Part shown: positions 39,986-49,991 of the stretch, piece after piece
How positions within the stretch are numbered: the stretch's first letter is position 1
Layout of the letters: every line of letters starts with the position of its first letter
Origin: Candidatus Marinacidobacterales bacterium
GTDB taxonomy: Bacteria > Acidobacteriota > Vicinamibacteria > Marinacidobacterales > SMYC01
Direction: 5' to 3'
Assembly (NCBI GenBank): GCA_965224085.1
Contig: CBDCYI010000004.1
Coordinates: 1,632,001-1,696,000, forward strand
DNA length: 64,000 nt
Made by a program: the position numbers and the translations under genes
Notes under the pieces: model-generated
Databases searched by the model: none
Told to the model about the DNA's origin: nothing
What the model saw: the letters and a program-made list of their open reading frames with translations, nothing else

Positions 39986-41038
39986 ATGAAGTACACAAAG
40001 GTATTTGTGGAGACCATCGGATACGAGCTACCGCCCGTCGTGGTCACCTCCGCCGAGCTCGAGGCCCGTCTAGCGCCGGTCTACGAGGCTCTCCATTTCC
40101 AGCCCGGGCAATTGAAAGCCTTCACCGGGATCTCCGAGCGCCGCTGGTGGAACCCGGATACACCGGTATCTCAGTCTGCCATTACGGCTGGCCATGCTGC
40201 CCTGAACGGGTCGACGGTCATGCCGGGAGACGTCGACGTCCTTATTTATGCGGGCGTGTGCCGGGAAAGCTTCGAGCCGGCCACCGCTTGCCGCGTGGCC
40301 CACGGTATCGGCGTCAGCCCCGGCGCCGCGGTCTACGACATCTCCAATGCTTGCCTTGGCGTCATGAACGGCATGCTCGACATCGCCAACCGCATCGAGT
40401 TGGGTCAGATCCGTGCCGGCCTCGTGGTCTCCTGCGAGAGCGCCCGCGAGATCGTGGACACCATGATCGACCGATTGATCGCTCAGCCGGAAATGGAGCT
40501 CTTCAAGATGTCCCTGGCCACCCTCACCGGCGGCTCCGGGGCGGCGGCGGTGCTCTTGACCGATGGCTCCTTCGGCTCCGCGTCGAAGCATCGGCTCCTG
40601 GGCGGGGTGACCCGCAGCGCGCCCGAGCACTACGGGCTTTGCCGGTGGGGGATGGAGGAGACGGGCCAAGAGGGAATGCCCACCTATGGGCAGCTCATGT
40701 CCACGGACGCGGTGGCGGTTCTGGAACACGGCGTGGCACTGGGCCTCGAAACATGGAAGGTGTTCATGGGAGAGATGGGTTGGAGCGAAGCAGATGTCAA
40801 AAAGACCATCTGCCACCAGGTGGGATCCTCTCACCAGGAGTTCATCCTGCGCACGCTTCAAATACCGGAGGACAAAGACTTCACGACCTTTGCCTACCTG
40901 GGAAATATGGGAACGGTGTCGCTGCCCATCACCGCGGCACTGGCCGCTGAGCGCGACGTCCTTCAGTCCGGCAACGCGGTTGCCTTTTTGGGAATAGGTA
41001 GTGGTCTGAATTGCCTGATGCTCGGGCTCGAGTGGTAG
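39986..41038 (+). CDS. oleA: OleA, thiolase-fold head-to-head condensing enzyme
   Basis: EPATA, DISNACLG, ATLTGGSGA, HQVG, GNMG, GIGSGLNC; first of four ole genes. Confidence 0.92.
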   Translation: MKYTKVFVETIGYELPPVVVTSAELEARLAPVYEALHFQPGQLKAFTGISERRWWNPDTPVSQSAITAGHAALNGSTVMPGDVDVLIYAGVCRESFEPATACRVAHGIGVSPGAAVYDISNACLGVMNGMLDIANRIELGQIRAGLVVSCESAREIVDTMIDRLIAQPEMELFKMSLATLTGGSGAAAVLLTDGSFGSASKHRLLGGVTRSAPEHYGLCRWGMEETGQEGMPTYGQLMSTDAVAVLEHGVALGLETWKVFMGEMGWSEADVKKTICHQVGSSHQEFILRTLQIPEDKDFTTFAYLGNMGTVSLPITAALAAERDVLQSGNAVAFLGIGSGLNCLMLGLEW

Positions 41039-41913
41039 AAAGCCTCTATCCCTTCAAGAGCCGATATTACGATCTCGGCGGCCTAAAGCTTCACTACGTG
41101 GACGAGGGCGCCGGAGAACCCGTGGTTTGTCTTCACGGCAATCCGAGCTGGTCCTTCTACTACCGTAAGCTGATTCAGGAGCTCTGCGGGACCCACCAGG
41201 TCCTGGCACCGGATCACATCGGCTGCGGCCTCTCCGACAAGCCCGATGACTCACGCTACGAATACCGACTCGAGCGCCGCATCGACGATTTGGAAGCCTG
41301 GCTCGACGCCCTCAACATCAAGCAGAACATCACACTCGTGATGCATGATTGGGGTGGCGCCATCGGGATGGGCTATGCCACGCGTCATCCGCAGCGCGTC
41401 TCACGTTTGGTGGTCATGAACACCGCGGCCTTTCCCATACCCGGGACAAAAGAGTTGCCCTGGTCCCTTTGGTTTTGCCGAAGCACCAAACTTGGCGCCT
41501 TGTTCGTTCGAGGACTCAACGGCTTTGTCCGGGGCTGGCTTTTTGCCGGTTGCAAGAAGCGCCGTCTCAACGCCTCGGAGAGAGCCGGGTATCTCGCCCC
41601 CTACGATTCTTACAAAAACAGAATTGCCGTTCTGCGATTCGTTCAGGACATTCCCCTCCATCAGGAGGATCCCAGCTTCGGCTGTCTAGCCGGAATCTCC
41701 GATGCGCTCCACTCCGTTCGGGACAAACCCATGCTCATCCTGTGGGGAGAGAAGGACTTTGTCTTCGACGATCCTGTGCTGTCGGAGTGGAACCACCGGT
41801 TCACCGCCGCCCAAGTTGAAGTCTTCCCCGAGGCCGGACACTTGATTCTGGAGGACGCGCGGGACGAATCCCTTTCCCTCATCCGAGATTTTCTGAAGGC
41901 GGAACGAGCGTGA
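41032..41913 (+). CDS. oleB: OleB, beta-lactone decarboxylase (haloalkane dehalogenase-like alpha/beta hydrolase)
   Basis: HGNPSWSFYYR, DHIGCGLSDKP, HDWGGAIG, FVQDIPL, AGHLILED; position in operon. Confidence 0.9.
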   Translation: MVESLYPFKSRYYDLGGLKLHYVDEGAGEPVVCLHGNPSWSFYYRKLIQELCGTHQVLAPDHIGCGLSDKPDDSRYEYRLERRIDDLEAWLDALNIKQNITLVMHDWGGAIGMGYATRHPQRVSRLVVMNTAAFPIPGTKELPWSLWFCRSTKLGALFVRGLNGFVRGWLFAGCKKRRLNASERAGYLAPYDSYKNRIAVLRFVQDIPLHQEDPSFGCLAGISDALHSVRDKPMLILWGEKDFVFDDPVLSEWNHRFTAAQVEVFPEAGHLILEDARDESLSLIRDFLKAERA

Positions 41914-43553
41914 GTCTCGAAGCCGGCGGCTTCAACATCGCCTCGCACTTGCCCGCCATGGCCCGACGCCAACCAGACAGCCCGGCCGTGGGGCTTTGGT
42001 CCGGTGAATCGCTGACGTTCAAGGAGTTGGACCAAGCCAGCGGAACGCTTGCCCGTGGGCTGGAATCCGTTGGGATCGGCCGAGGCGTCCTCAGCGTGCT
42101 GATGGTCAAGCCCAGTTTGGATTTCTTTACCCTCACCTTCGCGCTGTTCAAGTGTGGGGCCGTCCCGGTAGTGGTGGATCCGGGGATAGGCCTCAAGAAC
42201 CTGGGCGTTTGCTTGGACGAAGCTCGGCCCGAGGCCTTCATCGGGATTCCAAAGGCCCACGCCGCGCGCGTCCTCTTCAAATGGGCCAAGGGAATGATCC
42301 GCACCAAGGTCACGGTGGGACGTCGGTGGTTCTGGGGCGGCTATACGCTCGAGGATATCTTCCGTCGAGGACGATCCGACAGCGACTACTCTGAAGCATC
42401 CACCGCGGCGGACGAGACGGCGGCCATTTTGTTCACGTCGGGAAGCACGGGTGTCCCCAAGGGCGCCGTCTACACCCATGGCAATTTTTCTGCCCAGGTG
42501 GAGATGATCCGCGACACCTACGCCATCAAGCCAGGTGAAAAGGACATGCCGACCTTTCCTCTCTTCGCCCTGTTCGATCCCGCCCTTGGGATGTCCGCCG
42601 TCATTCCCGACATGGATGCGACCCGTCCAGCCCACGTGAAACCGGAGAACATCATCGAGCCCATCCGTCGCCACGGCGTGACCAACATGTTCGGTTCGCC
42701 CGCCCTCATCGACAAAGTCGGGCGCTACGGCGAAGCCCATGGCGTGAAGCTTCCGTCTCTCAAACGCGCCATCTCCGCCGGTGCACCCATGCCGGCCCGC
42801 GTCCTCGAGCGCTTCTCCAAAATGCTCTCCACAGACGCTCAGGTCTTCACCCCCTATGGCGCCACCGAATCCCTGCCGGTATGCTCCATTGGCAGCGCGG
42901 AGGTCCTTTCGGCGACCCGGGAGAAGACGGAACAAGGCGCAGGCATTTGCGTTGGCCGACCGGTGAAGGGCATGACGGTGGAAGTGATCCGGATCGGTGA
43001 GCATGACGAGGTCATCAAGGATTGGAATGACGCCCTTCGTGTGCGCCCGGGTGAGGTGGGGGAGATCGCCGTGAAAGGCCCCGTGGTCACGCGTTCGTAC
43101 TTAAACCGAGAGGGTGCAACGAAGCTAGCGAAGATTTCCGTACCTAACTCTACCGACTTTTATCACCGCATGGGCGATCTCGGTTACTTCGACGACGAGG
43201 GCCGGCTGTGGTTCTGCGGCCGCAAGTCCCATCGCGTCGTCTCCAGTAACGAGACCTACTACACGATTCCCTGCGAGGGTGTGTTCAACGCGCATCCAAA
43301 GGTTTACCGCTCGGCACTGGTCGGTGCCAAACACCTCTCTGAAATCGAGCCTGTTCTCGTGGTGGAGCTCGAGACGGACGCCCGGGAGTCCAATGGACTT
43401 CGCCAGGAGCTACTGGATCTCGGTGCCGCGCAGCCCCACACCAGAAACATCAAAACGCTGCTCTTCCACAAGAGCCTGCCAGTGGACATCCGCCACAACT
43501 CGAAGATCTTCCGCGAGAAGCTCGCCGCGTGGGCGACCGAGCGTCTCCGGTGA
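41910..43553 (+). CDS. oleC: OleC, beta-lactone synthetase (AMP-dependent ligase)
   Basis: NIASHL, FTSGSTGVPKG, TPYGATESLP, HRMGDLG, PVDIRHNSKIFREKLA. Confidence 0.92.
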   Translation: MSLEAGGFNIASHLPAMARRQPDSPAVGLWSGESLTFKELDQASGTLARGLESVGIGRGVLSVLMVKPSLDFFTLTFALFKCGAVPVVVDPGIGLKNLGVCLDEARPEAFIGIPKAHAARVLFKWAKGMIRTKVTVGRRWFWGGYTLEDIFRRGRSDSDYSEASTAADETAAILFTSGSTGVPKGAVYTHGNFSAQVEMIRDTYAIKPGEKDMPTFPLFALFDPALGMSAVIPDMDATRPAHVKPENIIEPIRRHGVTNMFGSPALIDKVGRYGEAHGVKLPSLKRAISAGAPMPARVLERFSKMLSTDAQVFTPYGATESLPVCSIGSAEVLSATREKTEQGAGICVGRPVKGMTVEVIRIGEHDEVIKDWNDALRVRPGEVGEIAVKGPVVTRSYLNREGATKLAKISVPNSTDFYHRMGDLGYFDDEGRLWFCGRKSHRVVSSNETYYTIPCEGVFNAHPKVYRSALVGAKHLSEIEPVLVVELETDARESNGLRQELLDLGAAQPHTRNIKTLLFHKSLPVDIRHNSKIFREKLAAWATERLR

Positions 43554-44539
43554 AAGCCCTGGTCACCGGCGGGGGAGGCTTCCTTGGAAGGGCTATCGCC
43601 ATGAAGCTCCGCGCACGCGGCGATGACGTCAGGAGCTTTTCTCGAAGAAAGCACGCCGGGCTCGAATCCCTCGGGGTTGAGCATATTCAGGGGAACCTCG
43701 CCGATAGCAAGGCCGTGTCCGAAGCCGTTCGCGGTGATGTGGACGTCGTCTTCCACGTCGGAGCCAAGGCGGGCGTCTGGGGCCCCTACGCCGATTACTT
43801 CGCGACCAATGTGACCGGCACCGAAAACGTCATCTCGGCCTGCCGCCAGGAGGGCGTGCGCAAGTTGATTTATACGAGCACACCGAGCGTGGTTTTTGGC
43901 GGTGACGACCTGGAAGGGGTGAACGAGTCCATTCCTTACGCCTCACGGTACGAGACCGCCTATCCCGAAACGAAGGCCACGGCCGAACGCAAGGTGCTAC
44001 AGTCGAACGGCCCGGCGCTTCTCACCGTTGCCTTGAGGCCCCACCTCATCTGGGGACCCGGGGACAACCAACTGGTTCCGAGAATCGTGGCCCGGGGCGG
44101 GGCAGGCAAACTGAGAAAGATCGGACGCCGGCCCTGTCTCGTCGACTCGGTCTATATCGACAATGCCGCCGACGCGCACATTCTCGCTGCGGAAAGGCTC
44201 ACCCCCGGGGCCGCCTGTGCCGGCAAGCCCTACTTCATCTCCAACGACGAGCCGTTGCCAGTATTCGATCTCATCAACAAGATACTCGCCGCTGCTGGAG
44301 TGCCACCGGTCACGCGATCGATCCCGTTGCCCGTTGCCGTGACGGCGGGCTGGATGATGGAGACCGTTTACCGCGCATTATCCATCACGGAAGAGCCGCC
44401 AATGACCCGTTTCTTGGCGCATCAGCTCGCCACTTCACACTGGTTCGACATCTCCGCCGCCCGACGTGACTTGGGATACGTGCCGTCTGTCACCATTGAC
44501 GAGGGCCTGGATCGCCTGAAGCGATCGTTCGGCGCGTGA
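43550..44539 (+). CDS. oleD: OleD, 2-alkyl-3-oxoalkanoate reductase (3-beta-HSD-like SDR)
   Basis: VTGGGGFLG, AKAGVWG, YTSTPSVV, YPETK, LRPHLIWGPGD; GTGA overlap with oleC. Confidence 0.92.
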   Translation: MKALVTGGGGFLGRAIAMKLRARGDDVRSFSRRKHAGLESLGVEHIQGNLADSKAVSEAVRGDVDVVFHVGAKAGVWGPYADYFATNVTGTENVISACRQEGVRKLIYTSTPSVVFGGDDLEGVNESIPYASRYETAYPETKATAERKVLQSNGPALLTVALRPHLIWGPGDNQLVPRIVARGGAGKLRKIGRRPCLVDSVYIDNAADAHILAAERLTPGAACAGKPYFISNDEPLPVFDLINKILAAAGVPPVTRSIPLPVAVTAGWMMETVYRALSITEEPPMTRFLAHQLATSHWFDISAARRDLGYVPSVTIDEGLDRLKRSFGA

Positions 44540-44666
44540 TCGAGCGTTCTCAGAAAACAACAAAACTCGCCGGAAAGCCTACGGTTGCAGCGAAGGCCCT
44601 CACGAGACCATGCAGGCCTTTTTCTAAATCTAAAGCTGCGCTCCGCCACGCGACCTATGCTAGCTA

Positions 44667-46119
44667 GAGCCTGTTGCAAAACGTAACCGCTTCACCGTTG
44701 GTTTCAATCCGCGTCCAATCGGGCAGCTGACAGATCTGTGATTTGCCGGCGCCAAACGCGCCTGGATCGATCCGCAAGAATTTTCCCAACTATTTTGTAT
44801 TTGGTCGTTTTTTTCTTGACTTGTAGCCTAAGGGATGATATTTATTAGGCGTTATAGGGACCGTTACCAGGCAGTCCGCCCTCTTCTACGTCAACTTCTC
44901 CAAACAGGCGCCGCTCATCAAGGATGATCTACTCGAACCCGTCGACACGCTCCTCGAGGACCCCGAGCTGATAGAACTGACGAGAGAATCGCTCGCTGGT
45001 CGTTTCCCGCTCTCACCGCGTACCGGCCGGGTGAGTATCGCGCCTGACCGCTTGCTCCGCAGCTGTGTACTCAAGCACATCAAAGGATGGTCCTTCCGAG
45101 TCCTCGAGCGGGAGATCCGTTCTAGCCTCGTGTATCGGCGCTTCACTCGCTTCGACGACGATTCGATTCCCAACTACTCCACATTCAGTCGCAACTTTTC
45201 CCTACTCGGTGATGCGTTCGTAGAGAAAATCCATGCCCGTGTGGTCGCTCAGGCTCGAGACGAAAAGGTGGCTACGGGACGCAAGTTACGCACGGATACG
45301 ACGGTAGTGGAGAGCAACATCCATTACCCCACAGATAGCTCACTGCTTGCCGATGGCATCCGGGTGCTCACCCGTAGTCTGAAGTGTATTGCAAAGGCTT
45401 GTGCTCAAGGTGCGCTCAAGGTGGTGGACCACAGCCGATCAACGAAAAACAGGCAGCTTGAGATCGACCGCGCCAGCAAGTCGTTCACCGAATCGAGCCA
45501 AGTCAAGTTCAAGCAAAGTTATCGCAAGCTCATGGGCACGGCGCGCAGCGTGGTCCGGCAAGCCGACGAGGTTATTCAGTCGCTCAAGAGCGGAAAGCTT
45601 CCGGTCGTGGGTTCGCTGGTGAGCATCATAAGCAATCAGAGCCAACTCGAACATTATCTGCCACTGTGCAAAAAGGTGTTAGCTCAGACAAAGGCCCGTG
45701 TTTTAGGGGGCCATCGTCACCATCCGGACAAGATCGTCAGCCTGTTCGAGGAGCATACGGCCGTGATCCGAAAAGGCAAAACATGGAAGCCGACCGAGTT
45801 TGGACGACTCGTGCGAATTGATGAGGTGGAGAACGGCATTGTTAGCCACTACGAAGTTGCCGCAGGCAATCCGGCGGACCAAACTCAGTGGATGCCCGCG
45901 CTGGAGCAACACAAAAAACAGTTCGCTCGTGCGCCGGAGATGGCGACCGCTGACCGCGGATTCTTTTCGGCAGACAATGAACGCAAGGCCATAGATCTCG
46001 GTGTAAAGAAAGTGGTGTTGCCGGCTCGAGGACGACCCTCGAAAAAACGAGCCAAGGTTCAAAAAAAGCGCTGGTTCCGTCGAGCCCTGATTGAAGACCC
46101 ATCCGGCGTGGAGAAGTGA
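44667..46119 (+). mobile_element. IS5/ISNCY-like DDE transposase element, C-terminally truncated
   Basis: IR-like GAGCCTGTTGCAAAA near 44667; frame open from 44839; RTDTTVVESNIHYPTDSSLL, RKGKTWKPTEFG, ADRGF; ends after KKRWFRRAL without the usual final Glu motif. Confidence 0.8.
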
Positions 46120-46413
46120 AGGATCGCATCGGCCGTTGCCCCCTGCCACGTTGTTTACCGTCGCGGTCACGGAGAAAAAGCAGCAAGGACTCCGAGTTCG
46201 TGCAGTACAACGTTCCCAGCGTCACCAAGCCTACCGTGATATCCGGCTCGGTGACGCTCGTCGCGCGCGATTTCTCACCGGTCGCGCATTACAGCACGAC
46301 CGTCGAGCCTTGATTTACCAGATCCGGCTTCACCATCCGCCTCGAAGCCGTCGGATCCTCGACCATTTCGACAAACAAGACCCACGGGCTCCTCCAAGCA
46401 AGAACCTCGATTC

Positions 46414-46560
46414 TCATTCCGCGAGTGTTTCGGCGAGATTCGGCAGCACGTCACCTTCGGGTCTCGGAATGCCGGGGGGAGGCATCATCCCCGCGGCCTT
46501 CTGGCCCACGAGCGTGAGCAGGATGCACAGCACCGCCGATATGGCCAAAGGAGCCTTCAT
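46414..46560 (-). pseudogene. 48-aa relic of a DUF1592-family gene
   Basis: GGAGG RBS; MKAPLAISAVLCILLTLVGQKAAGMMPPPGIPRPEGDVLPNLAETLAE resembles RAGMMPPAGMPRPEAEALEAVALSLE in 17718-20150. Confidence 0.6.
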
Positions 46561-46661
46561 GGGCCCGCCTCCCATCGAGTAGTTAGCGAGTCAGTTTGGC
46601 CGGTGAACCTCCATCTTAGCAAGGAGAACCGGTCAGATCCGCGCAGTGCAAGTTATGAGCG

Positions 46662-46935
46662 TCACGTTGTCCCCAACGCCCGATACGAGCTCCCCAAGTC
46701 GCCGAACAGCCAAATCAGCCGCTCACAGTGGTTGGCGGCTCCAAGCAACTGCATGCGGGTCGTGGCGTCGAGCTCGCTATCCTCCGCCAAGTAGGCTTTA
46801 CGGACGCGCGTCATCCCGTCCTCCGACGTCATTCGCTTCAGGAGGTCCACGTCCATCGTCGAGCGTTCCCGCGCGACATCGAGGAGCGTCAGTAGAATCG
46901 CATCGATGCCGTCGACCGCCCGCAGCGTCGGCGTC
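46662..46935 (-). pseudogene. C-terminal fragment, possibly of a Na/Pi cotransporter-family protein
   Basis: VDGIDAILLTLLDVARE...MTRVRKAYL...CERLIWLF; no N-terminus, abuts the peptidase stop; family recalled from memory. Confidence 0.4.
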
Positions 46936-46937
46936 CT

Positions 46938-49187
46938 CTACATTTCGGGAACGCTCGGCGGAAGATGACGGAGGAAGTACTCGGTCATCAGCGTGAACAA
47001 GTGGAGTTGGGTATTGCCGCCTCGCAGCGAATGGTTGCGCCCGTGGTAGAGCATTAGATCGAACTGCTTGTTGGCCGCCTGGAACGCCTCAGCCACCTCA
47101 AGGGTGTTCTGCAAGTGTACGTTGTCGTCCGCAATCCCGTGCACCAGCAAAAGGTGGCCCTTGAGCTTGGGCGCGTAGGTGACGACCGCCTCCTTGTCGT
47201 AAGCGGCCATGTTTTCCTTCGGCAGGCCCATGTACCGCTCAACCCAGGAGCTCGAGTGCGAAAGATAGTTCGTGACCGGTGCTTGCGACACCCCGACCGT
47301 GAAGTAGTCCGAGCCTTCGGTCAGGGCCAGAGATGTGAGGTATCCGCCGGCGCTCCTGCCCCAGATGCCGATCCGCGATGGGTCCGTGTAGGGCAGGCGG
47401 GCCAGGTATTTCGCTCCTTCGATGTGATCGCGCAGCGGCCAAGTGCCGAGGTTCTGGTACATGAAGTTCTCGAAAGCCTTCCCGCGCCCGCCTGTGCCAC
47501 GATTGTCGATCGTGAACACGATGTAGCCCTTCTGAGTCATCAACTGGTGCCATAGCCATCGTCTCGCTCGACTCGGGAACCACGAGGCGAGATCGCCGCC
47601 CCACCGGTTGACCACCGTCTGAGAGCTCACGCCACCGTAAGCGTAAAAGATGACCGGATACTTCTCTTTCAGGTTGAAACCGGCCGGCTTGATCATGACG
47701 GCGTTCAAATCCACCCCGTCGCTGGTCCGCACCGTCAGGAACTCTGGCTTCACCAGCTCGAAATCTGCCAAGCCGGGCATCTCACCCCTCCTCACCCAGC
47801 GCACCAAGCCGCCATCCGATCGGTGCATGCTGATCTGTGGCGGTGTGTTCACATCGGAGAAGGTGTTCACGAAATGGTTGGCATCGGGTGAGACGGACGC
47901 CGCATGCCACCCTGGCTTTCTGCTCAAGCGCTGGAGCTCCTGGCCGTCGAGCCTCACGCGGTAGACGTGCTGCTCGATGACCCCGTCTTTCTTGCCGTCG
48001 AAGTACAGCCAGCCATCCGCCTCGTCAACCCCGAGCACTGCGTGGCGCGATCGTGCAGCGTTAATCTCCCACTCGCCACTCGTGATCTGGTTCAGTAAGC
48101 TGCCATCGTAGTCGTACAGGTAGGCGTGTTTATACCCGCTCCGCTGCGACGTCCAGATGAAACGGTCGGAGTTCGTGAGGAACGTCAGGTCATTGTCGAT
48201 TCGCACCCAATACGGGTCGGTCTCCGTCAGGATCGCCCGCGATGCGCCGGTGGTCACGTCGGCAAAGAGCAGCTCGAGCTTGTTCTGCTGCCGGTTGAGG
48301 CGTTGGACCGCTACCACCGCCGGGTTGCGTGTCCAATTCAGCCGCGGGAAGTAGACGTCCGTGTCCGGGCCGAGCTGCAGCCAGCTCGTCTGGCCCGACT
48401 CGAGGTGAAGGACGCCGACGCGCAGCTTCCAATTCGTATCCCCTGCCTTCGGATACTTCTTCCTGTGCACCTTCGGGTACGGCGTCAGGAAGTCGATGAG
48501 GGGAACGGTGCCTACCGCGCTCTGATCCACGCGTACGAACAGGATCCGCTTGCCGTCGGGCGACCAGCGCCAGCCATCCGCCCCCAAGCCCTTGTTCACG
48601 CCGTTCAGGATGTCATCGTTCCCGTCGAAGGTGAGCTGGGTCTCGGTGCCGGACGCCCGGTCGACCACGAAGAGGTTGCCGCCCCGGACGAAGCCGATCC
48701 TGGTGCCGTCGGGCGCCAGCTTGGCGTACTGCTGAGCGCCGGCGATGCCTGACAACGGCCTGAGGGCGCGAGTCACGGTGTCGTAGAGGTAGTAGCTCCG
48801 GTCGGGGGGCGGGGAGCCGCGAAAGTCCGCCTGGCTCCGCGGTCCGGCAAGCACGAAAAACAGGCCGTCCTCGCTCGCCTGGTAATCCGTGAACGGGATG
48901 GGCGCACGGCCCGGGCCGAGCACCAGGGACTTGCCATCGACCACGACGGTGCGCTCGCCGTCGTCGACGTTTTCCCGGTAGATGTTCTTGGTTTTGCCGT
49001 CCGGATCGGCGTCCACGTAGAGGAACGCAGATCCGTCGGCTTCCCACTGTAGGCTCTGTAGGGACACACCGTCCCAGTCAGCGTCTGGTCCGAAGATGTC
49101 CTCGAGCGTCAGCGAGCGCTTCGGCGCGGCGGACGCGAGAGCGGAAAACGCCAGGAGGCACAGGATGGACACGAGTCGTCTAGTCAT
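46938..49187 (-). CDS. Dipeptidyl peptidase IV-like S9 family peptidase
   Basis: Signal peptide, beta-propeller (YPKAGD), YPVIFYAYGG, GRSAGG nucleophile, HGIADDNVH, RNHS. Confidence 0.92.
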   Translation of the reverse strand: MTRRLVSILCLLAFSALASAAPKRSLTLEDIFGPDADWDGVSLQSLQWEADGSAFLYVDADPDGKTKNIYRENVDDGERTVVVDGKSLVLGPGRAPIPFTDYQASEDGLFFVLAGPRSQADFRGSPPPDRSYYLYDTVTRALRPLSGIAGAQQYAKLAPDGTRIGFVRGGNLFVVDRASGTETQLTFDGNDDILNGVNKGLGADGWRWSPDGKRILFVRVDQSAVGTVPLIDFLTPYPKVHRKKYPKAGDTNWKLRVGVLHLESGQTSWLQLGPDTDVYFPRLNWTRNPAVVAVQRLNRQQNKLELLFADVTTGASRAILTETDPYWVRIDNDLTFLTNSDRFIWTSQRSGYKHAYLYDYDGSLLNQITSGEWEINAARSRHAVLGVDEADGWLYFDGKKDGVIEQHVYRVRLDGQELQRLSRKPGWHAASVSPDANHFVNTFSDVNTPPQISMHRSDGGLVRWVRRGEMPGLADFELVKPEFLTVRTSDGVDLNAVMIKPAGFNLKEKYPVIFYAYGGVSSQTVVNRWGGDLASWFPSRARRWLWHQLMTQKGYIVFTIDNRGTGGRGKAFENFMYQNLGTWPLRDHIEGAKYLARLPYTDPSRIGIWGRSAGGYLTSLALTEGSDYFTVGVSQAPVTNYLSHSSSWVERYMGLPKENMAAYDKEAVVTYAPKLKGHLLLVHGIADDNVHLQNTLEVAEAFQAANKQFDLMLYHGRNHSLRGGNTQLHLFTLMTEYFLRHLPPSVPEM

Positions 49188-49553
49188 GGGCGAATCCTTC
49201 GCTGCGGGGTAAACGCTCCATCGGAACGAGTGCTGTTACATTAACATCAGTTTGTTTCATTCTTCCCTTCCAGAGATTCACGTCGAAACCGTTTTGTTAT
49301 CGCCCGAGGACACCCTACTATACCAATGCTCGGCCAGCGGCTCTACGTCACGGCCAGGGGCTCGTACAATAGGACCCGGGAGCAGGAGTTAACCTATTGA
49401 TAGTTAGGGACTTAGTTGGATTCTGTAACCTATTGAATTGAGGGGGGTTGCGGAGAAAGGCGCTCGGGAGCGCCAGCATCACCGCCATATTTGCCCGGGC
49501 TCAATGAGATTCGGTAGAGCTCACGCCACAGTCGACAAGGCCCTCGATCGAGA

Positions 49554-49991
49554 TTCCGGTCGGGAAACTGGGATGTCTGGATCGTTCCGGCCGAAGGCGG
49601 CGAGGCCAGCCAATTCACCGTGGATGCTACGGGTGGCCCCCCGCGCTGGTCCCCCGATGGAGAATGGATATTGTTCGGCTCGGACCGCTCCGGCCGTCGG
49701 GCTCTGTGGCGGGCGCTCGTCGGTGGAGGGGGAGAACCCGAACCCTTGAACGACGAGGGTGAGGTAGCGCGTTGGTCCCGAGACGGCCGGGAGATTTACT
49801 TCCACAAGGCAGGCCACATCTGGTCACTTTCCTGGGATGATCGCAGCGCGCGTCAGCTCGCCGATCTTGACGACAGTGTCAGCCTCGTACGTTTTGGCCT
49901 CGCGACGGACGGCGAATACCTGTATTTCATACTGGTGGATGATGTCGGCGACATTTGGGTCATGGATGTCGTGACGGACGAAAGCGAGTGA
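49554..49991 (+). pseudogene. C-terminal TolB/PD40 propeller fragment of a kinase-TolB-type protein
   Basis: RSGNWDVWIVPAEGG, PRWSPDGEWILFGSDRSG, WSRDGREIYF, GDIWVMDVVTDESE; in-frame stop at 49515. Confidence 0.7.

Noticed and set aside
41032-41913. Haloalkane dehalogenase
   Set aside because: Same fold and HDWGG motif, but its position between oleA and oleC indicates OleB
46090-46313. Possible C-terminal gene fragment (SEFVQYNVPSVTKPTVISGSVTLV)
   Set aside because: No recognisable family and frames are inconsistent
49298-49345. Possible IS91-like N-terminal relic (PEDTLLYQ)
   Set aside because: Only about 8 codons and needs frameshifts; too short to support
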